Assembly: GCA_965228475.1 (NCBI GenBank)
Contig: OZ245817.1
Span: 3,412,209-3,476,208 of the forward strand
Reading direction: 5' to 3'
Length of the DNA stretch: 64,000 nucleotides
Source of the DNA: Myxococcota bacterium
Lineage (GTDB): Bacteria > Myxococcota_A > UBA9160 > JAFDDA01
How positions within the stretch are numbered: the stretch's first letter is position 1; every line of letters begins with the position of its first letter. Position numbers and translations under genes: made by a program. This document shows positions 54,912 through 64,000 of this stretch, piece by piece. A model generated the notes under the pieces. It had not been told where the DNA came from and searched no databases. It saw only the letters and a program-made list of their open reading frames with translations.

Positions 54912-55868
54912 TTGGCCTCGCATCCGCACAACGCCCGCCGCCCTCCGCACAACGTCCGCCGCGGAGCGGCGCACGCCGAGCCCGGCCCGGAGCCGCGCCG
55001 CCCGCCCGCCTGGCGCCTGTTCTCGGTCGTCGCCCTCGGCGCCCTCGGCATCGCGGCGGCGGCGATCTTCGTCCGGCTTGCCCTTCCGGCGCCCCCGGTC
55101 GTGACCGGCTTCTACCGCATGGCGTTCGCGTTGCCGGTGCTCGCGGCCGTCGTCGCCTGGCAGGGCGGCTTCCGCGACGCGCCCACCCGGGCGCTCGGGC
55201 TCGCCTTCAGCGCCGGGCTCTTCTTCGGCGCGGACCTCTCGCTCTGGCACCTCGCCCTGGTCGAGACCTCGGTCGCCAGCGCCACCCTGCTCGTCAACAC
55301 GACGCCGATCCCGATCGGACTGTGGAGCCTGCTCGTCCTGCGCGAGCGCCCCGGTCGCCCCTTCGTGGCCGGCGCGTTCCTCGCGCTCTGCGGCACGACG
55401 CTCCTCCTCGGGTCGGATCTGCGAGAAGGAATCGGCTGGCACGGCGGTGCCCTCGCCCTCGGCGCCGCCTTCTTCTACGCCGGGTACCTCGTCCTGATCC
55501 AGGCGGCGCGCAGCGGGCTCGATGCGTGGACGGGGACGCTCGCCTCGACGGCCGGCGGCGTGCTGGTGATCGGCGTCTTCGCCGCGGTGCGCGGAGATTC
55601 GTTCAGCGGCTTCCCGCCCCACTCCTGGGCGACCTTCGTGGCCGCCGCGCTGGTCTCCCACGTCGGCGGCGTGCTCGGGATCGCCTGGGCCCTGCGCTGG
55701 CTGCGCGCGACGTTCGCCTCGGTCGCCCTGCTGATCCAGCCGCTCGGCGCGACGCTCCTGGCGTGGTGGCTCTTCGACGAGACGCTCTCGCCCGGGCAGG
55801 CGCTCGGCGGCGTCGCGGTGCTCGCGGGGATCTTCGTCGCTTCGCGGGGCGCGCTCCGGACGCGCTAG
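54912..55868 (+). CDS. DMT-superfamily (EamA-like) transporter
   Basis: About ten hydrophobic segments with two EamA-like halves. The frame has no ATG upstream of the first TM segment, so TTG 54912 is a guess. The 5' end is uncertain. Confidence 0.75.
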   Translation: MASHPHNARRPPHNVRRGAAHAEPGPEPRRPPAWRLFSVVALGALGIAAAAIFVRLALPAPPVVTGFYRMAFALPVLAAVVAWQGGFRDAPTRALGLAFSAGLFFGADLSLWHLALVETSVASATLLVNTTPIPIGLWSLLVLRERPGRPFVAGAFLALCGTTLLLGSDLREGIGWHGGALALGAAFFYAGYLVLIQAARSGLDAWTGTLASTAGGVLVIGVFAAVRGDSFSGFPPHSWATFVAAALVSHVGGVLGIAWALRWLRATFASVALLIQPLGATLLAWWLFDETLSPGQALGGVAVLAGIFVASRGALRTR

Positions 55869-55890
55869 AGGCTCCGGCCTCGGGGGCGCT

Positions 55891-57147
55891 TCAGGCCGCC
55901 TCGGCCGACAGCCCGTTCACCCAGACGTAGGCGTCGAGGAGCGCCTGCCGGAGCTCCGGCGTGCCGAGTTCGTAGCGGTCGAGGTGCTTCGAGATCTCGG
56001 GCACGTCGAGGCGTTCGATGCCTTCGGCGATCGCGAGGAAGGCACCCAGGTCACCTTCGCCGTGGAGCAGCGCCGCGTGGATTTCCGGCTCGAGGCTCAT
56101 CGTCTCGAGCAGCTCCGTCCGCGGCACGCCGAGCAGCGCGTCGGCCAGGGAGAGCATGCCGACGAGGAAGGCGCGGTCGGCCACCTGCCGATCGCTGTGC
56201 GGGTCGCTCTCGCGGCTCGCGAGTCCGACGATGTTCTCCATCAACCGCCCGCGCACGGCCGCGGTCTGGAGCAGTGCGGAGCTGCCCGGCTCCGAGTCGG
56301 CCCCCGCGAAGAGCAGCAGGGTGAGCCAGCGCCGGAGCTGCCGGCGGCCGAGGTAGGCCACGGCCTCGGCGACGCTCGCCACGTTCACCGCCCGGCCCAT
56401 CGCCGCCGAGTTCACCAGGCGCAGCAGGTTCAGGCCGAGGTCCGCGTTCTGCTTGATCGTGTCGGCGAGCGGCTCGGAGTCGACGTCGGCCGAGAGCTGC
56501 TCGATCGCCTGGAGCACGGTGGCGCGCGCCGGGTCGATGGCCTTGCCGCTCACGACCGTCGGCTTCGAGAAGAAGTAGCCCTGGTAGAGGTCGAAGCCGA
56601 GCTGCTTGCAGCGCTCGAACTCCTCGCGGTCCTCGACCTTCTCGGCGAGCAGCAGGACGTCGTTCCGCCGCAGCCGGGAGACGAGCCGCGGGAGGTCCTT
56701 CATGCCGACGTCGAGGATGTCGACCTTGACCAGGTCGACCCGCTCGAGGAGCGGCTCGCGGGGGTCCCGCAGCACGTAGTCGTCGAGCGCGAGGCGGTAG
56801 CCGAGGCGCCGGAGCGCGCTGCAGCGGGCGGCGACCCGCGGCCCGGGCTTCACCGTCTCGAGGATCTCAAGCACCACGCGCTCCTTGGGGAGCGCTTCGA
56901 GCATCTCGTCGTGGAAGACCGTCTCGGTCAGATTCAGGAAGGCATCGGCCTTGCCGCCGAGGACCGCGTCGACGCCCATGCGCGCGAAGGTGTTGACGAT
57001 CACCCGCACCGCCGCGACGTCGTAGTCGTCGATCGAGGCGAAGGTGGCGGTCGCCGAATCGCGGAACAGCAGCTCGTAGGCCGCGACGCGGCCGTGCCGG
57101 TCGAGGATCGGCTGCCGCCCGATGAAGATGTCGCGATCGCCGCTCAC
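55891..57147 (-). CDS. EAL domain plus HDOD domain signalling protein
   Basis: FIGRQPILDRHGRVAAYELLFR, EILE, LALDDY, KVD and AEKVE...QGYFFSKP form the EAL domain. The C-terminal NLLRLVNSAAMG...VAEAVAYLG forms the HDOD domain. Confidence 0.85.
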   Translation of the reverse strand: MSGDRDIFIGRQPILDRHGRVAAYELLFRDSATATFASIDDYDVAAVRVIVNTFARMGVDAVLGGKADAFLNLTETVFHDEMLEALPKERVVLEILETVKPGPRVAARCSALRRLGYRLALDDYVLRDPREPLLERVDLVKVDILDVGMKDLPRLVSRLRRNDVLLLAEKVEDREEFERCKQLGFDLYQGYFFSKPTVVSGKAIDPARATVLQAIEQLSADVDSEPLADTIKQNADLGLNLLRLVNSAAMGRAVNVASVAEAVAYLGRRQLRRWLTLLLFAGADSEPGSSALLQTAAVRGRLMENIVGLASRESDPHSDRQVADRAFLVGMLSLADALLGVPRTELLETMSLEPEIHAALLHGEGDLGAFLAIAEGIERLDVPEISKHLDRYELGTPELRQALLDAYVWVNGLSAEAA

Positions 57148-57204
57148 CCCCGGCTCATCGGCCGTTCCGGCAGGCTCGGACAGCGTGCTTCCCCCGAGAG
57201 CGCC

Positions 57205-58059
57205 TCAGGTCTTGAAGGGGAGCTCCGGCCACCAGGGGTAGAAATCCGGAAGGTCCTCGCTGGGCTTCATCGAGAACGCGGGGGGCCGCTTCTCGAGGAA
57301 ACTCTGCACGCCCTCGTAGGCATCCGGGGAACGCCCCATGGAGTAGATGGCCTGGGAGTCGATGCGGTGGGCCTCCATCGGGTGCTCGGCCCCGAGCATC
57401 TTCCAGAGGAGTTGCCGGGAGAGTGCGATCGACACGGCGCTCGTGTTCTCGGCGATCTCGCGCGCCAGGGCCTGCGCTTCCCCGAGGAGGTCGTCGTGGG
57501 GGACGATGCGCGAGACGAGCCCCCCGGCCAGCGCCTCCTCGACCGGGAACACCCGGCCCGTCGCCACCCACTCCATGGCCTGGCTGATGCCGACCACGCG
57601 TGGGAGGAACCAGCTGCTGCAGGCCTCGGGCACGATGCCGCGCCGGGCGAACACGAAGCCCATCTTCGCGCGGTCGCTCGCGAGACGGACGTCCATCGGG
57701 AGCGTCATCGTGATGCCGACCCCGACGGCCGGCCCGTTGATCGCGGCGATCAGGGGCTTCTTGCAGTCGAAGAAGCGGAGCGTGACGCGCCCGCCGCCGT
57801 CCCGGTGGTCGCTCACCTCTTCGTGGCCGCTCGAATCGAAGGTTTCGCCCCCGCCGCCGAGATCCGCGCCGGCGCAGAAGCCCCGCCCGGCGCCCGTGAA
57901 GACCACGGCCCGCACGGCGTCGTCCGCGTCGATCTCGTCCGTCAACGCGAGCAGGTCGTTCATCATCTGGGTGGTGAACGCGTTCATGCGGTCCGGACGG
58001 TTCAGGGTCACCGTCAAGACGCCGCCGGTGCGCTCGGTCAGCAGGGTTTCGTAGGCCAT
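57205..58059 (-). CDS. Enoyl-CoA hydratase/isomerase (crotonase) family protein
   Basis: ATG 58059 with GAGGAGGAG upstream. LTVTLNRPDRMNAF, VVFTGAGRGFCAGADL and IAAINGPAVGVG. Confidence 0.9.
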   Translation of the reverse strand: MAYETLLTERTGGVLTVTLNRPDRMNAFTTQMMNDLLALTDEIDADDAVRAVVFTGAGRGFCAGADLGGGGETFDSSGHEEVSDHRDGGGRVTLRFFDCKKPLIAAINGPAVGVGITMTLPMDVRLASDRAKMGFVFARRGIVPEACSSWFLPRVVGISQAMEWVATGRVFPVEEALAGGLVSRIVPHDDLLGEAQALAREIAENTSAVSIALSRQLLWKMLGAEHPMEAHRIDSQAIYSMGRSPDAYEGVQSFLEKRPPAFSMKPSEDLPDFYPWWPELPFKT

Positions 58060-58127
58060 GTCGGTTCGCTCCTCCTCGGGTGCGCGGTAGGATACAGCGC
58101 CAAACCCCACTTCCGAGGAGAGCTTTC

Positions 58128-58418
58128 ATGCCGCTGTACGTGATCATCGGCCGGGATGGCCCGCGCGGCCTCGAACTCCGCAAGCAACACCGCGACGCCC
58201 ATCTCGCCGGGCTCGAGGGCCTCGAGGCGGCCGGCCGCATCCGGCACGCCGGGCCGCTTCGCGACGAAGCCGGCGATCCGTGCGGCTCGGTGATCGTGTT
58301 CGAAGCCGAGAGCCTCGAGGAGGCGCGGCGCCAGGCGGCCTCGGACCCCTACGTGACCGAGGGCGTCTTCGCGAGCCACGAGGTCTTCGAGACCCTCCAG
58401 GTCTTCCCGAAGGCGTAG
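58128..58418 (+). CDS. YciI family protein
   Basis: ATG 58128 with GAGGAG 7 nt upstream. MPLYVIIGRDGP...RKQHRDAHLAGL...DPYVTEGVF is typical of YciI-like proteins. Confidence 0.85.
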   Translation: MPLYVIIGRDGPRGLELRKQHRDAHLAGLEGLEAAGRIRHAGPLRDEAGDPCGSVIVFEAESLEEARRQAASDPYVTEGVFASHEVFETLQVFPKA

Positions 58419-58440
58419 CGCCCCCCGCAGCGCCCCTGCC

Positions 58441-59229
58441 CTAGTAGCGATGGCTCGGGATGTTGGGCGGGCTCGGGGTGCTGGGTGGACTCGGGATGCT
58501 GTGCACGTCCGGCGACGAGGAGGGCGGCCGCGGCTTCGTCACGTTGCCCGGCAGGGTCGGCTTGCGCTGCCCCGTCTCGATCTCGCTGCGGAAGGGTCGA
58601 TCGAGCGGATCGGTCTGGTCTTCCTCGTCCTTCGTGGCTTCGCGCGGTTCGCTCGGCTCGTCGCCGAGGCTCTCGACCGAGCTCGCGTCGTCCTTCTGGT
58701 CGATGACGGCCATCCCGCGCACGCCGCGCACGACGATCTTGCCCTCGCGCAGGATCACGGTGGTCGCGAAGTCGACGGCCGCGACCAGCACGTCGAAGAT
58801 CGTCCCGCGCACGCCGATCGAAGCCACGGGCGTCTTCACCTCGTAGCTCTCGGGCTCGAGCACCCCCGTGGTGAAGCGCATCAGGCCGACGCCCATCTCG
58901 ACGAGGACCTTCCCGGAGCCGCTCGAAGGCTCGTAGACGAAGTCGTCGATGTGGATGCGGGAGCTCGGGCCGACCACGAGTTCGGTCTCGTCGTGCAGCT
59001 CGATCTTCGCCCGGGCCTTCTTCTCGGTCTCGATCCAGTCGCCCCTATAGACGGCGTCGCCCCGCCCGACGCGGCGCGAGTCCGCCCCGAGCGTCGCCAT
59101 CACCTTCTTCTCGACCGCCACGATCTTGCCCACGGGCTCCGCGCCGGAAGCCGCCGGATCGTCGGCCGCGGAGGGCGCGGACGTCGCGAGCATCGAGCAC
59201 AGCGTGAGGATGACGAGCAGGGGTCGCAT
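58441..59229 (-). CDS. FecR-domain protein, secreted, with Pro/Ser-rich tail
   Basis: Signal peptide MRPLLVILTLCSMLATSAPSAA. GDAVYRGDWIETEKKARAKIELHDETELVVGPSSRIHID is a FecR-type beta-sandwich. C-terminus PPSSSPDVHSIPSPPSTPSPPNIPS. Confidence 0.7.
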   Translation of the reverse strand: MRPLLVILTLCSMLATSAPSAADDPAASGAEPVGKIVAVEKKVMATLGADSRRVGRGDAVYRGDWIETEKKARAKIELHDETELVVGPSSRIHIDDFVYEPSSGSGKVLVEMGVGLMRFTTGVLEPESYEVKTPVASIGVRGTIFDVLVAAVDFATTVILREGKIVVRGVRGMAVIDQKDDASSVESLGDEPSEPREATKDEEDQTDPLDRPFRSEIETGQRKPTLPGNVTKPRPPSSSPDVHSIPSPPSTPSPPNIPSHRY

Positions 59230-59269
59230 GAGGGCTCCCGAGGGTGAAGTCCGCCGAGCCGGACCGCGT

Positions 59270-59977
59270 TCAGTCGAGCTTTACCGTCTGGCGCTCGGGC
59301 CGATCGAGCAGCACCGTCCGGATGTCGGCCAGGACGAGGCGCGGGTCCATCAAGCCCACACTGTAGACGTTGCGGACCCGGCGGCGCTCGTCGAGCAGGT
59401 AGACCTTCAGCACGTGCTCGAGGACGCCGGTTTCGGCCCCGTCGACGTCGAGCAGGGAGACCACGCGCTGGCCGTAGTCTTCGAGCACCGGAGCCAGGGC
59501 TTCGGGGCTCGCCGAGGTGAGGAAGCGCCAGTCGGTGCGGGGGGCGAGGCCCTCGCGGAGCGCGCGCATCCGTGCGGGCGAGTCGCGCTTCGGGTCGAAG
59601 CTCACGGTCAAGAGCCGCACGTGCTCGCGCAGGTCCTTCCGCTCGGCGATGGCGCGGTCGAGCTGCTGCAGCGTCGCCAGGGCCATCGGACAGCTCTGAC
59701 CACAGCTCGCGTAGATGAAGGCGACGACGGCGACCTGACCGGGCGCGAGGTCCGGCACCCCATGGGGCTGCCCCGCTTCATCGAGCAGCACGTGTTCCGC
59801 GACGCTTCCGAAGGCCGGGAGTTCGTAGCTCCCCGGGGCCGGCGGCTCGAAGAGCGGCGGCCCCGCGGCGTGCGCCGCCTCCTTCCCGTGGCCTTCGCTG
59901 CCGTGGGCGTGAGCCTCCGGCGCGGCGGCAAAGGCCGCGGCGAGCACGAGCCCGGCGATCGCGAGCCCGTGCCTCAA
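59270..59977 (-). CDS. SCO1/SenC-family copper chaperone (thioredoxin fold)
   Basis: TTG 59977 in a TTGA overlap with the upstream stop. Signal peptide [34 protein letters not shown] is a CxxxC motif, followed by SFDPKRD. Confidence 0.8.
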   Translation of the reverse strand: MRHGLAIAGLVLAAAFAAAPEAHAHGSEGHGKEAAHAAGPPLFEPPAPGSYELPAFGSVAEHVLLDEAGQPHGVPDLAPGQVAVVAFIYASCGQSCPMALATLQQLDRAIAERKDLREHVRLLTVSFDPKRDSPARMRALREGLAPRTDWRFLTSASPEALAPVLEDYGQRVVSLLDVDGAETGVLEHVLKVYLLDERRRVRNVYSVGLMDPRLVLADIRTVLLDRPERQTVKLD

Positions 59978-61275
59978 CGCGCCGCCACCTGCGGGGTCGA
60001 ATCCGTCGCGGCCATGCGGCCCCGGTAGAGGCCGATCTTTCCGAAGCGCATGATGTGGGGCCGGCCGAGCTCCTCGGCGCGGAAGTCGATGGCGAAGGTC
60101 GGCTCGAGGGTCTTGCCGTCCCAGTCGTAGGCCTTCAGGAACTGCTCGTCCTCGCCGCCGAAGCCGTCCCACTTCGAGAGCAGCGAGGACGTGAAGTAGA
60201 CGCGCTTCCCGTCCCAGGACTGGGAGACCATGTTCACCTGGGCGCCGATCTTCTTCTCGTGGATGACGCGCGGCGCGCGCGGGTTCGAGACGTCGAAGAC
60301 CCGCACCATGCCGTCGAGGAAGGTGTCGACGAAGAGCGTCTTGTCGTCGGAGGAGATGCTGATGTCGACGGGCAGCGGCGTCTTGGACGGATCGCCGACG
60401 TCCGCCAGCTCGACGGCCTCGAACGTGCCGTCGTCCTTGCGGAAGAGGCCCCAGAGCTTCGAGGTGAGCGCGGTCGTCGTGAAGGCGTAGTGGTTGCGCG
60501 GGTCGAGCGCCCAGCGCACCTCGAGCGGCGCGCCCGGCACTTCGAAGGTCTGGAGCGGGCGGCGCGCGTGGAAGTCCCACACCACCATCTGGTTGCCGAA
60601 CTCCTTCATCGCCTCGGCGTCCGCGAGGAGGTCGCCGAGCGGCCGCATGTAGTTCTTGTGGCCCGTGAAGGAGGACGTGATCATGCGGTTCAGGTTCGCG
60701 TTCACGCGCGCGTCGTAGCCGTACTCGGCGCCCGGCGGCATCCAGCGCGTGCGGATGAACTGGCCGTCGTTGCTGTACTCGACGATCGCCGTCTTGCCGT
60801 TCCCGGTGTGGGCGTTGCTCAGGGAAGGGATCAACATCCGGCCGGGCAGCGCGTAGAACCCGTGCGGGCCGACGACGCCGCCGGTCATCTGCACGAAATC
60901 GTCGATGACCTTCACGAGCTTCGGGCGCGCCGGGTTCGTCGCCACGTCGATGATGAAGATCTTGCTCGTGTCGAGGCCGCCGAGCCAGAGGTGGCTGCGG
61001 TCGTCGGTGAAGCCGCCGTGGTGGGCCTCGTGACGCCCGCCCACGGAGACCGACGAAACGACCTTGCCGTAGTCGGGCCGGGCCGGGTTCGCGCCGACGG
61101 TGACGAGCTTGTCCGAGCCGTCGCCCAGCCCCTCGATCCCGAGCGTCCAGACGTAGATGAAGTCTTCCTGCCCGGTGATCTTCGGGAGGTAGGGGGATTG
61201 GCAGGTCTCGTCCGCGCGCACCTGCGCGGCCGCGAAGAAACCCACCACCAAGGCCAGGGCGACCCGAACGACCAT
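59974..61275 (-). CDS. Selenium-binding protein family (SBP56), methanethiol-oxidase (MtoX)-like, secreted
   Basis: ATG 61275 (GAAGGAGGAG upstream); ATG 61296 is the alternative. Signal peptide [42 protein letters not shown] and HIMRFG resemble SBP56 along the whole length. Confidence 0.8.
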   Translation of the reverse strand: MVVRVALALVVGFFAAAQVRADETCQSPYLPKITGQEDFIYVWTLGIEGLGDGSDKLVTVGANPARPDYGKVVSSVSVGGRHEAHHGGFTDDRSHLWLGGLDTSKIFIIDVATNPARPKLVKVIDDFVQMTGGVVGPHGFYALPGRMLIPSLSNAHTGNGKTAIVEYSNDGQFIRTRWMPPGAEYGYDARVNANLNRMITSSFTGHKNYMRPLGDLLADAEAMKEFGNQMVVWDFHARRPLQTFEVPGAPLEVRWALDPRNHYAFTTTALTSKLWGLFRKDDGTFEAVELADVGDPSKTPLPVDISISSDDKTLFVDTFLDGMVRVFDVSNPRAPRVIHEKKIGAQVNMVSQSWDGKRVYFTSSLLSKWDGFGGEDEQFLKAYDWDGKTLEPTFAIDFRAEELGRPHIMRFGKIGLYRGRMAATDSTPQVAAR

Positions 61276-61326
61276 CCGCTCTCCTCCTTCGGACATGGGA
61301 TTGCGCCGCGTATAGTACACCGACCG

Positions 61327-62274
61327 ATGCCCGAGCTGCCCGACGTCACGGTCTACGTGGAGAGCATCGCGCGCCGCGCGGTGGGCGAGCCGCTGCTCGA
61401 AGTGCGGGTCACGAGCCCCGCCCTGCTGCGCACCGTCGACCCGCCGCCCTCGGCGCTGGTCGGCCTGCCCCTCGAGGGGGTCCGCCGGCTCGGCAAGCGG
61501 ATCGTGCTCGCCTTCGCGGACGAACACTTCTGCGTCATCCACCTCATGATCGCCGGCCGCTTCCGCTGGAAGAAGGGCGCCGCCGCTCCCCCGAAGAAGC
61601 TCGGCCTCGCGGCCTTCCGCTTCGAGCCCGGCACGCTCGTCCTGACCGAGGCGGGAACCAAGCGGCGGGCGACGCTCCACGTGGTGCGGGGCGAAGCCGC
61701 CCTGGCGGAGCTCGACCCGGGCGGCATCGAGCCGCTCGAGACCGACCTCGCCGGTTTCCGCGAGGCGCTGCTCCGTGAAAACCACACCCTGAAGCGCTCG
61801 CTCACGGACCCCCATCTCCTGAGCGGGATCGGCAATGCCTACTCCGACGAGATCCTCCACCGCGCGCGCCTCTCGCCGGTCAAGTGGACGGAGCGGCTCG
61901 GCGACGAAGAGATCGAGCGGCTCTTCGAAGCCACCCGCGCCGTCCTCGAGGAGTGGACGGACCGCCTCCGCGAAGAAGCCGGCGATCGTTTCCCGGAGAA
62001 GGTCACGGCGTTCCGCCCCGAAATGGCCGTCCACGGACGCCATCGCGAGCCCTGCCCCGTCTGCGGCGCGCCGGTGCAGCGCATCGTCTACGCCTCGAAC
62101 GAGACCAACTACTGCGCCCCGTGCCAGACCGGCGGGAAGCTCCTCGCCGACCGCGCCATGTCGCGGCTCCTGCGCAAGGACTGGCCGCGCACGATCGAGG
62201 CGCTCGAGGCCCGGCGGGCAGCCCAGGCGATCGGTCCGCCCGCAGGCCCCGCCAAGGCGAAGAAGAGGAAGTAG
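61327..62274 (+). CDS. Fpg/Nei-family DNA glycosylase/AP lyase
   Basis: MPELPDV N-terminus (catalytic Pro2, Glu3). H2TH segment [25 protein letters not shown]-terminal zinc finger CPVCGAPV...YCAPCQ. Lys-rich tail AKAKKRK. Confidence 0.85.
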   Translation: MPELPDVTVYVESIARRAVGEPLLEVRVTSPALLRTVDPPPSALVGLPLEGVRRLGKRIVLAFADEHFCVIHLMIAGRFRWKKGAAAPPKKLGLAAFRFEPGTLVLTEAGTKRRATLHVVRGEAALAELDPGGIEPLETDLAGFREALLRENHTLKRSLTDPHLLSGIGNAYSDEILHRARLSPVKWTERLGDEEIERLFEATRAVLEEWTDRLREEAGDRFPEKVTAFRPEMAVHGRHREPCPVCGAPVQRIVYASNETNYCAPCQTGGKLLADRAMSRLLRKDWPRTIEALEARRAAQAIGPPAGPAKAKKRK

Positions 62275-62281
62275 CGGCGAC

Positions 62282-64000
62282 CTACGCCCGCGTCTTCGGG
62301 TAGCCGAGACGCCCGAGGGCCTCGGTGATCTCGTCGAGGATCACCGGGTCGTCGATCGTCGCGGGCAGGCGCCAGGGTGAGGCGTCCGCGATGCAGCGCA
62401 TCGTGCCGCGCAGCACCTTGCCCGAGCGCGTCTTCGGAAGCCGCGGCACCACGCAGGCCTGCTTGAAGGCCGCGACGGGCCCGATCGTCTCGCGCACGCG
62501 GGCGACGAGCTCCGCCACGATCTCGGCCTCGGGTCGGTCGACGCCCGCCTTCAGCACCGCGAAGCCCAGGGGGAGCTGGCCCTTCAGTGCGTCCGCGACC
62601 CCGACGACCGCGCACTCGGCGACGTCCGGGTGGCCGGCCAGCACCTCCTCGATCGCGCCGGTCGAGAGGCGGTGCCCGGCGACGTTGATCACGTCGTCGG
62701 TGCGGCTCATGATCCAGAGGTAGCCGTCCTCGTCGAGGTGCCCGGCGTCGGCGGTCTCGTAGTAGCCGGGGAAGCGCGAGAGGTACTTCTCGCGGAAACC
62801 CTCCTCGTCGTTCCACAGCGTCGGCAGACAGCCCGGGGGCAGAGGCAGCTTCACGACGACGCGCCCGGTCTCGCCCGCCGGCACGGGCCCGCCTTCGTCG
62901 TCGAGGATGCGGACGTCCCAGCCGGGCACGGCCTTCGTCGGCGAGCCGTGCTTGACGGGGAGCGGCTCGAGCCCCCGGCAGTTGGCCGCGATCGGCCAGC
63001 CCGTCTCCGTCTGCCACCAGTGGTCGATCACCGGGATGCCGAGCGCGCGCTCCGCCCAGGCGACGGTGTCCGGATCCGCGCGCTCGCCCGCCAGGAAGAG
63101 CGTACGCAGGCGGGAGAGGTCGTGATCCGCCACGCGCGCGGCCTCGGGATCCTCGCGCTTGATGCCGCGCAGCGCCGTCGGTGCCGTGAACAGGGCGTCG
63201 ACCCCGTGCTCCGCCGCCACCCGCCAGAAGGCGCCGGCATCGGGCGTCCCGACCGGCTTGCCTTCGTAGAGCACCGAGGTGCAACCGAGGAAGAGCGGCG
63301 CGTAGACGATGTAGGAGTGGCCGACGACCCAGCCGATGTCCGAGGCCGCCCAGAACGTCTCGCCCGGCCGCATGCCGTAGACGTTCTCGAGGCTCCAGTG
63401 CAGGGCGACGAGATGCCCGCCCGTGTCGCGGACGACGCCCTTGGGCGTCCCGGTCGTTCCCGAGGTGTAGAGGATGTAGAGCGGGTCCGTCGCCGCGACG
63501 GGGACGCAATCCGCTTCGGGAGCGCCCGCGAGGAAGTCCTCCCAGGACAGATCGCGGGCCGGGTCGAGCTCCGCGGGCTGCTCGTCGCGCTGAACCACGA
63601 TGGAGCGCTCCGGGCGGTGGCTCGCGAGTTCGAGGGCGCCGTCGAGGAGAGGCTTGTAGGCGACGATGCGCCCGGGCTCGATCCCGCAGCTCGCCGCCAC
63701 GATCACCTTCGGCCGTGCATCGTCGATGCGGCTGGCGAGCTCCTGGGAGGCGAAGCCGCCGAAGACGACCGAGTGGATCGCGCCGAGACGCGCGCAGGCG
63801 AGCATCGCGACCACCGCTTCCGGAATCATCGGCATGTAGACGAGCACGCGATCCCCGGGGCCCACCCCCTGCCGCGCCAGCGCTCCCGCCGCGCACGCGA
63901 CCCGGGCACGCAGCACCTCGTACGTGATGCGCTCCTTGCGCCCGGTCACCGGGCTGTCGTAGACGAGTGCGAGACGCGCGCCGTGGCCGGCGGCGACGTG
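62282..64000 (-). CDS. prpE: Propionate--CoA ligase-like AMP-forming acyl-CoA synthetase (N-terminus beyond right edge)
   Basis: YTSGTTGTPKGV, WWQTETG, DEDGYLWIMSRTDDVINVAGHRL and LPKTRSGKVLRGTM. The frame stays open from 63949 to 64000 (HVAAGHGARLALVYDSPV read by hand), so the track start at 63949 is not the true start. Confidence 0.85.
   Translation of the reverse strand, partial: HVAAGHGARLALVYDSPVTGRKERITYEVLRARVACAAGALARQGVGPGDRVLVYMPMIPEAVVAMLACARLGAIHSVVFGGFASQELASRIDDARPKVIVAASCGIEPGRIVAYKPLLDGALELASHRPERSIVVQRDEQPAELDPARDLSWEDFLAGAPEADCVPVAATDPLYILYTSGTTGTPKGVVRDTGGHLVALHWSLENVYGMRPGETFWAASDIGWVVGHSYIVYAPLFLGCTSVLYEGKPVGTPDAGAFWRVAAEHGVDALFTAPTALRGIKREDPEAARVADHDLSRLRTLFLAGERADPDTVAWAERALGIPVIDHWWQTETGWPIAANCRGLEPLPVKHGSPTKAVPGWDVRILDDEGGPVPAGETGRVVVKLPLPPGCLPTLWNDEEGFREKYLSRFPGYYETADAGHLDEDGYLWIMSRTDDVINVAGHRLSTGAIEEVLAGHPDVAECAVVGVADALKGQLPLGFAVLKAGVDRPEAEIVAELVARVRETIGPVAAFKQACVVPRLPKTRSGKVLRGTMRCIADASPWRLPATIDDPVILDEITEALGRLGYPKTRA

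Noticed and set aside
51112-55868. Composite ORFs 51112..54564 (-), 53376..55661 (-) and 53583..55868 (+)
   Set aside because: Each contains one real gene at its 3' end: the small GMC subunit, the carboxylesterase and the DMT transporter. Each is extended 5' by read-through across neighbouring genes. I trimmed them to the first start compatible with domain boundaries.

Overview
This is a high-GC chromosomal segment; single 60-nt lines spot-count at about 67% G+C. The organism is diderm: it has Sec and lipoprotein signal peptides and outer-membrane barrels ending in Phe. I call 53 protein-coding genes. I recognised no rRNA, tRNA, CRISPR array, transposase or integrase. Because of the GC content, almost every real gene is shadowed by long Arg/Ala/Gly/Pro-rich antisense or off-frame ORFs in the supplied track. 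Several track entries are also fusions of a real gene with upstream read-through. Calls therefore rest on protein plausibility, motifs remembered for known families, RBS context and signal peptides. Family names are from memory and no searches were run. Start codons are less certain than stops.

Housekeeping content: topB, hisS, speA, dapL, ettA, an Fpg/Nei glycosylase, thiolase, ADP-forming and AMP-forming acyl-CoA synthetases, a peroxiredoxin, a HIT protein, a GST, a molybdopterin oxidoreductase and several sensor kinases.

Standouts:
1. A 10-kb tandem array of three divergent, roughly 1040-1180 aa, cysteine-rich DUF1302-like outer-membrane barrel paralogs. It is convergent with a single DUF1329 partner, which sits head-to-head with a minimal two-component system.
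2. A two-gene islet of visibly lower GC encoding a three-Cys Gp37/Gp68 (DUF5131) protein plus its TcmP partner. The function of this conserved pair is unknown.
3. Two long perfect inverted repeats (22 bp and 30 bp stems) in the speA-PAS intergenic region.
4. TAG is the majority stop codon (34 of 51 called stops, no TAA). Four convergent gene pairs share a palindromic CTAG double stop.
5. A possible bacterial EXPERA/EBP-like membrane protein.
6. A His-rich CPCGC protein paired with a Met/His-rich barrel.
7. An SBP56 (MtoX-like) gene coupled to an SCO gene.
8. A GMC oxidoreductase module flanked by two orphan multi-TM kinases and a Trp/His/Asp-repeat secreted protein.
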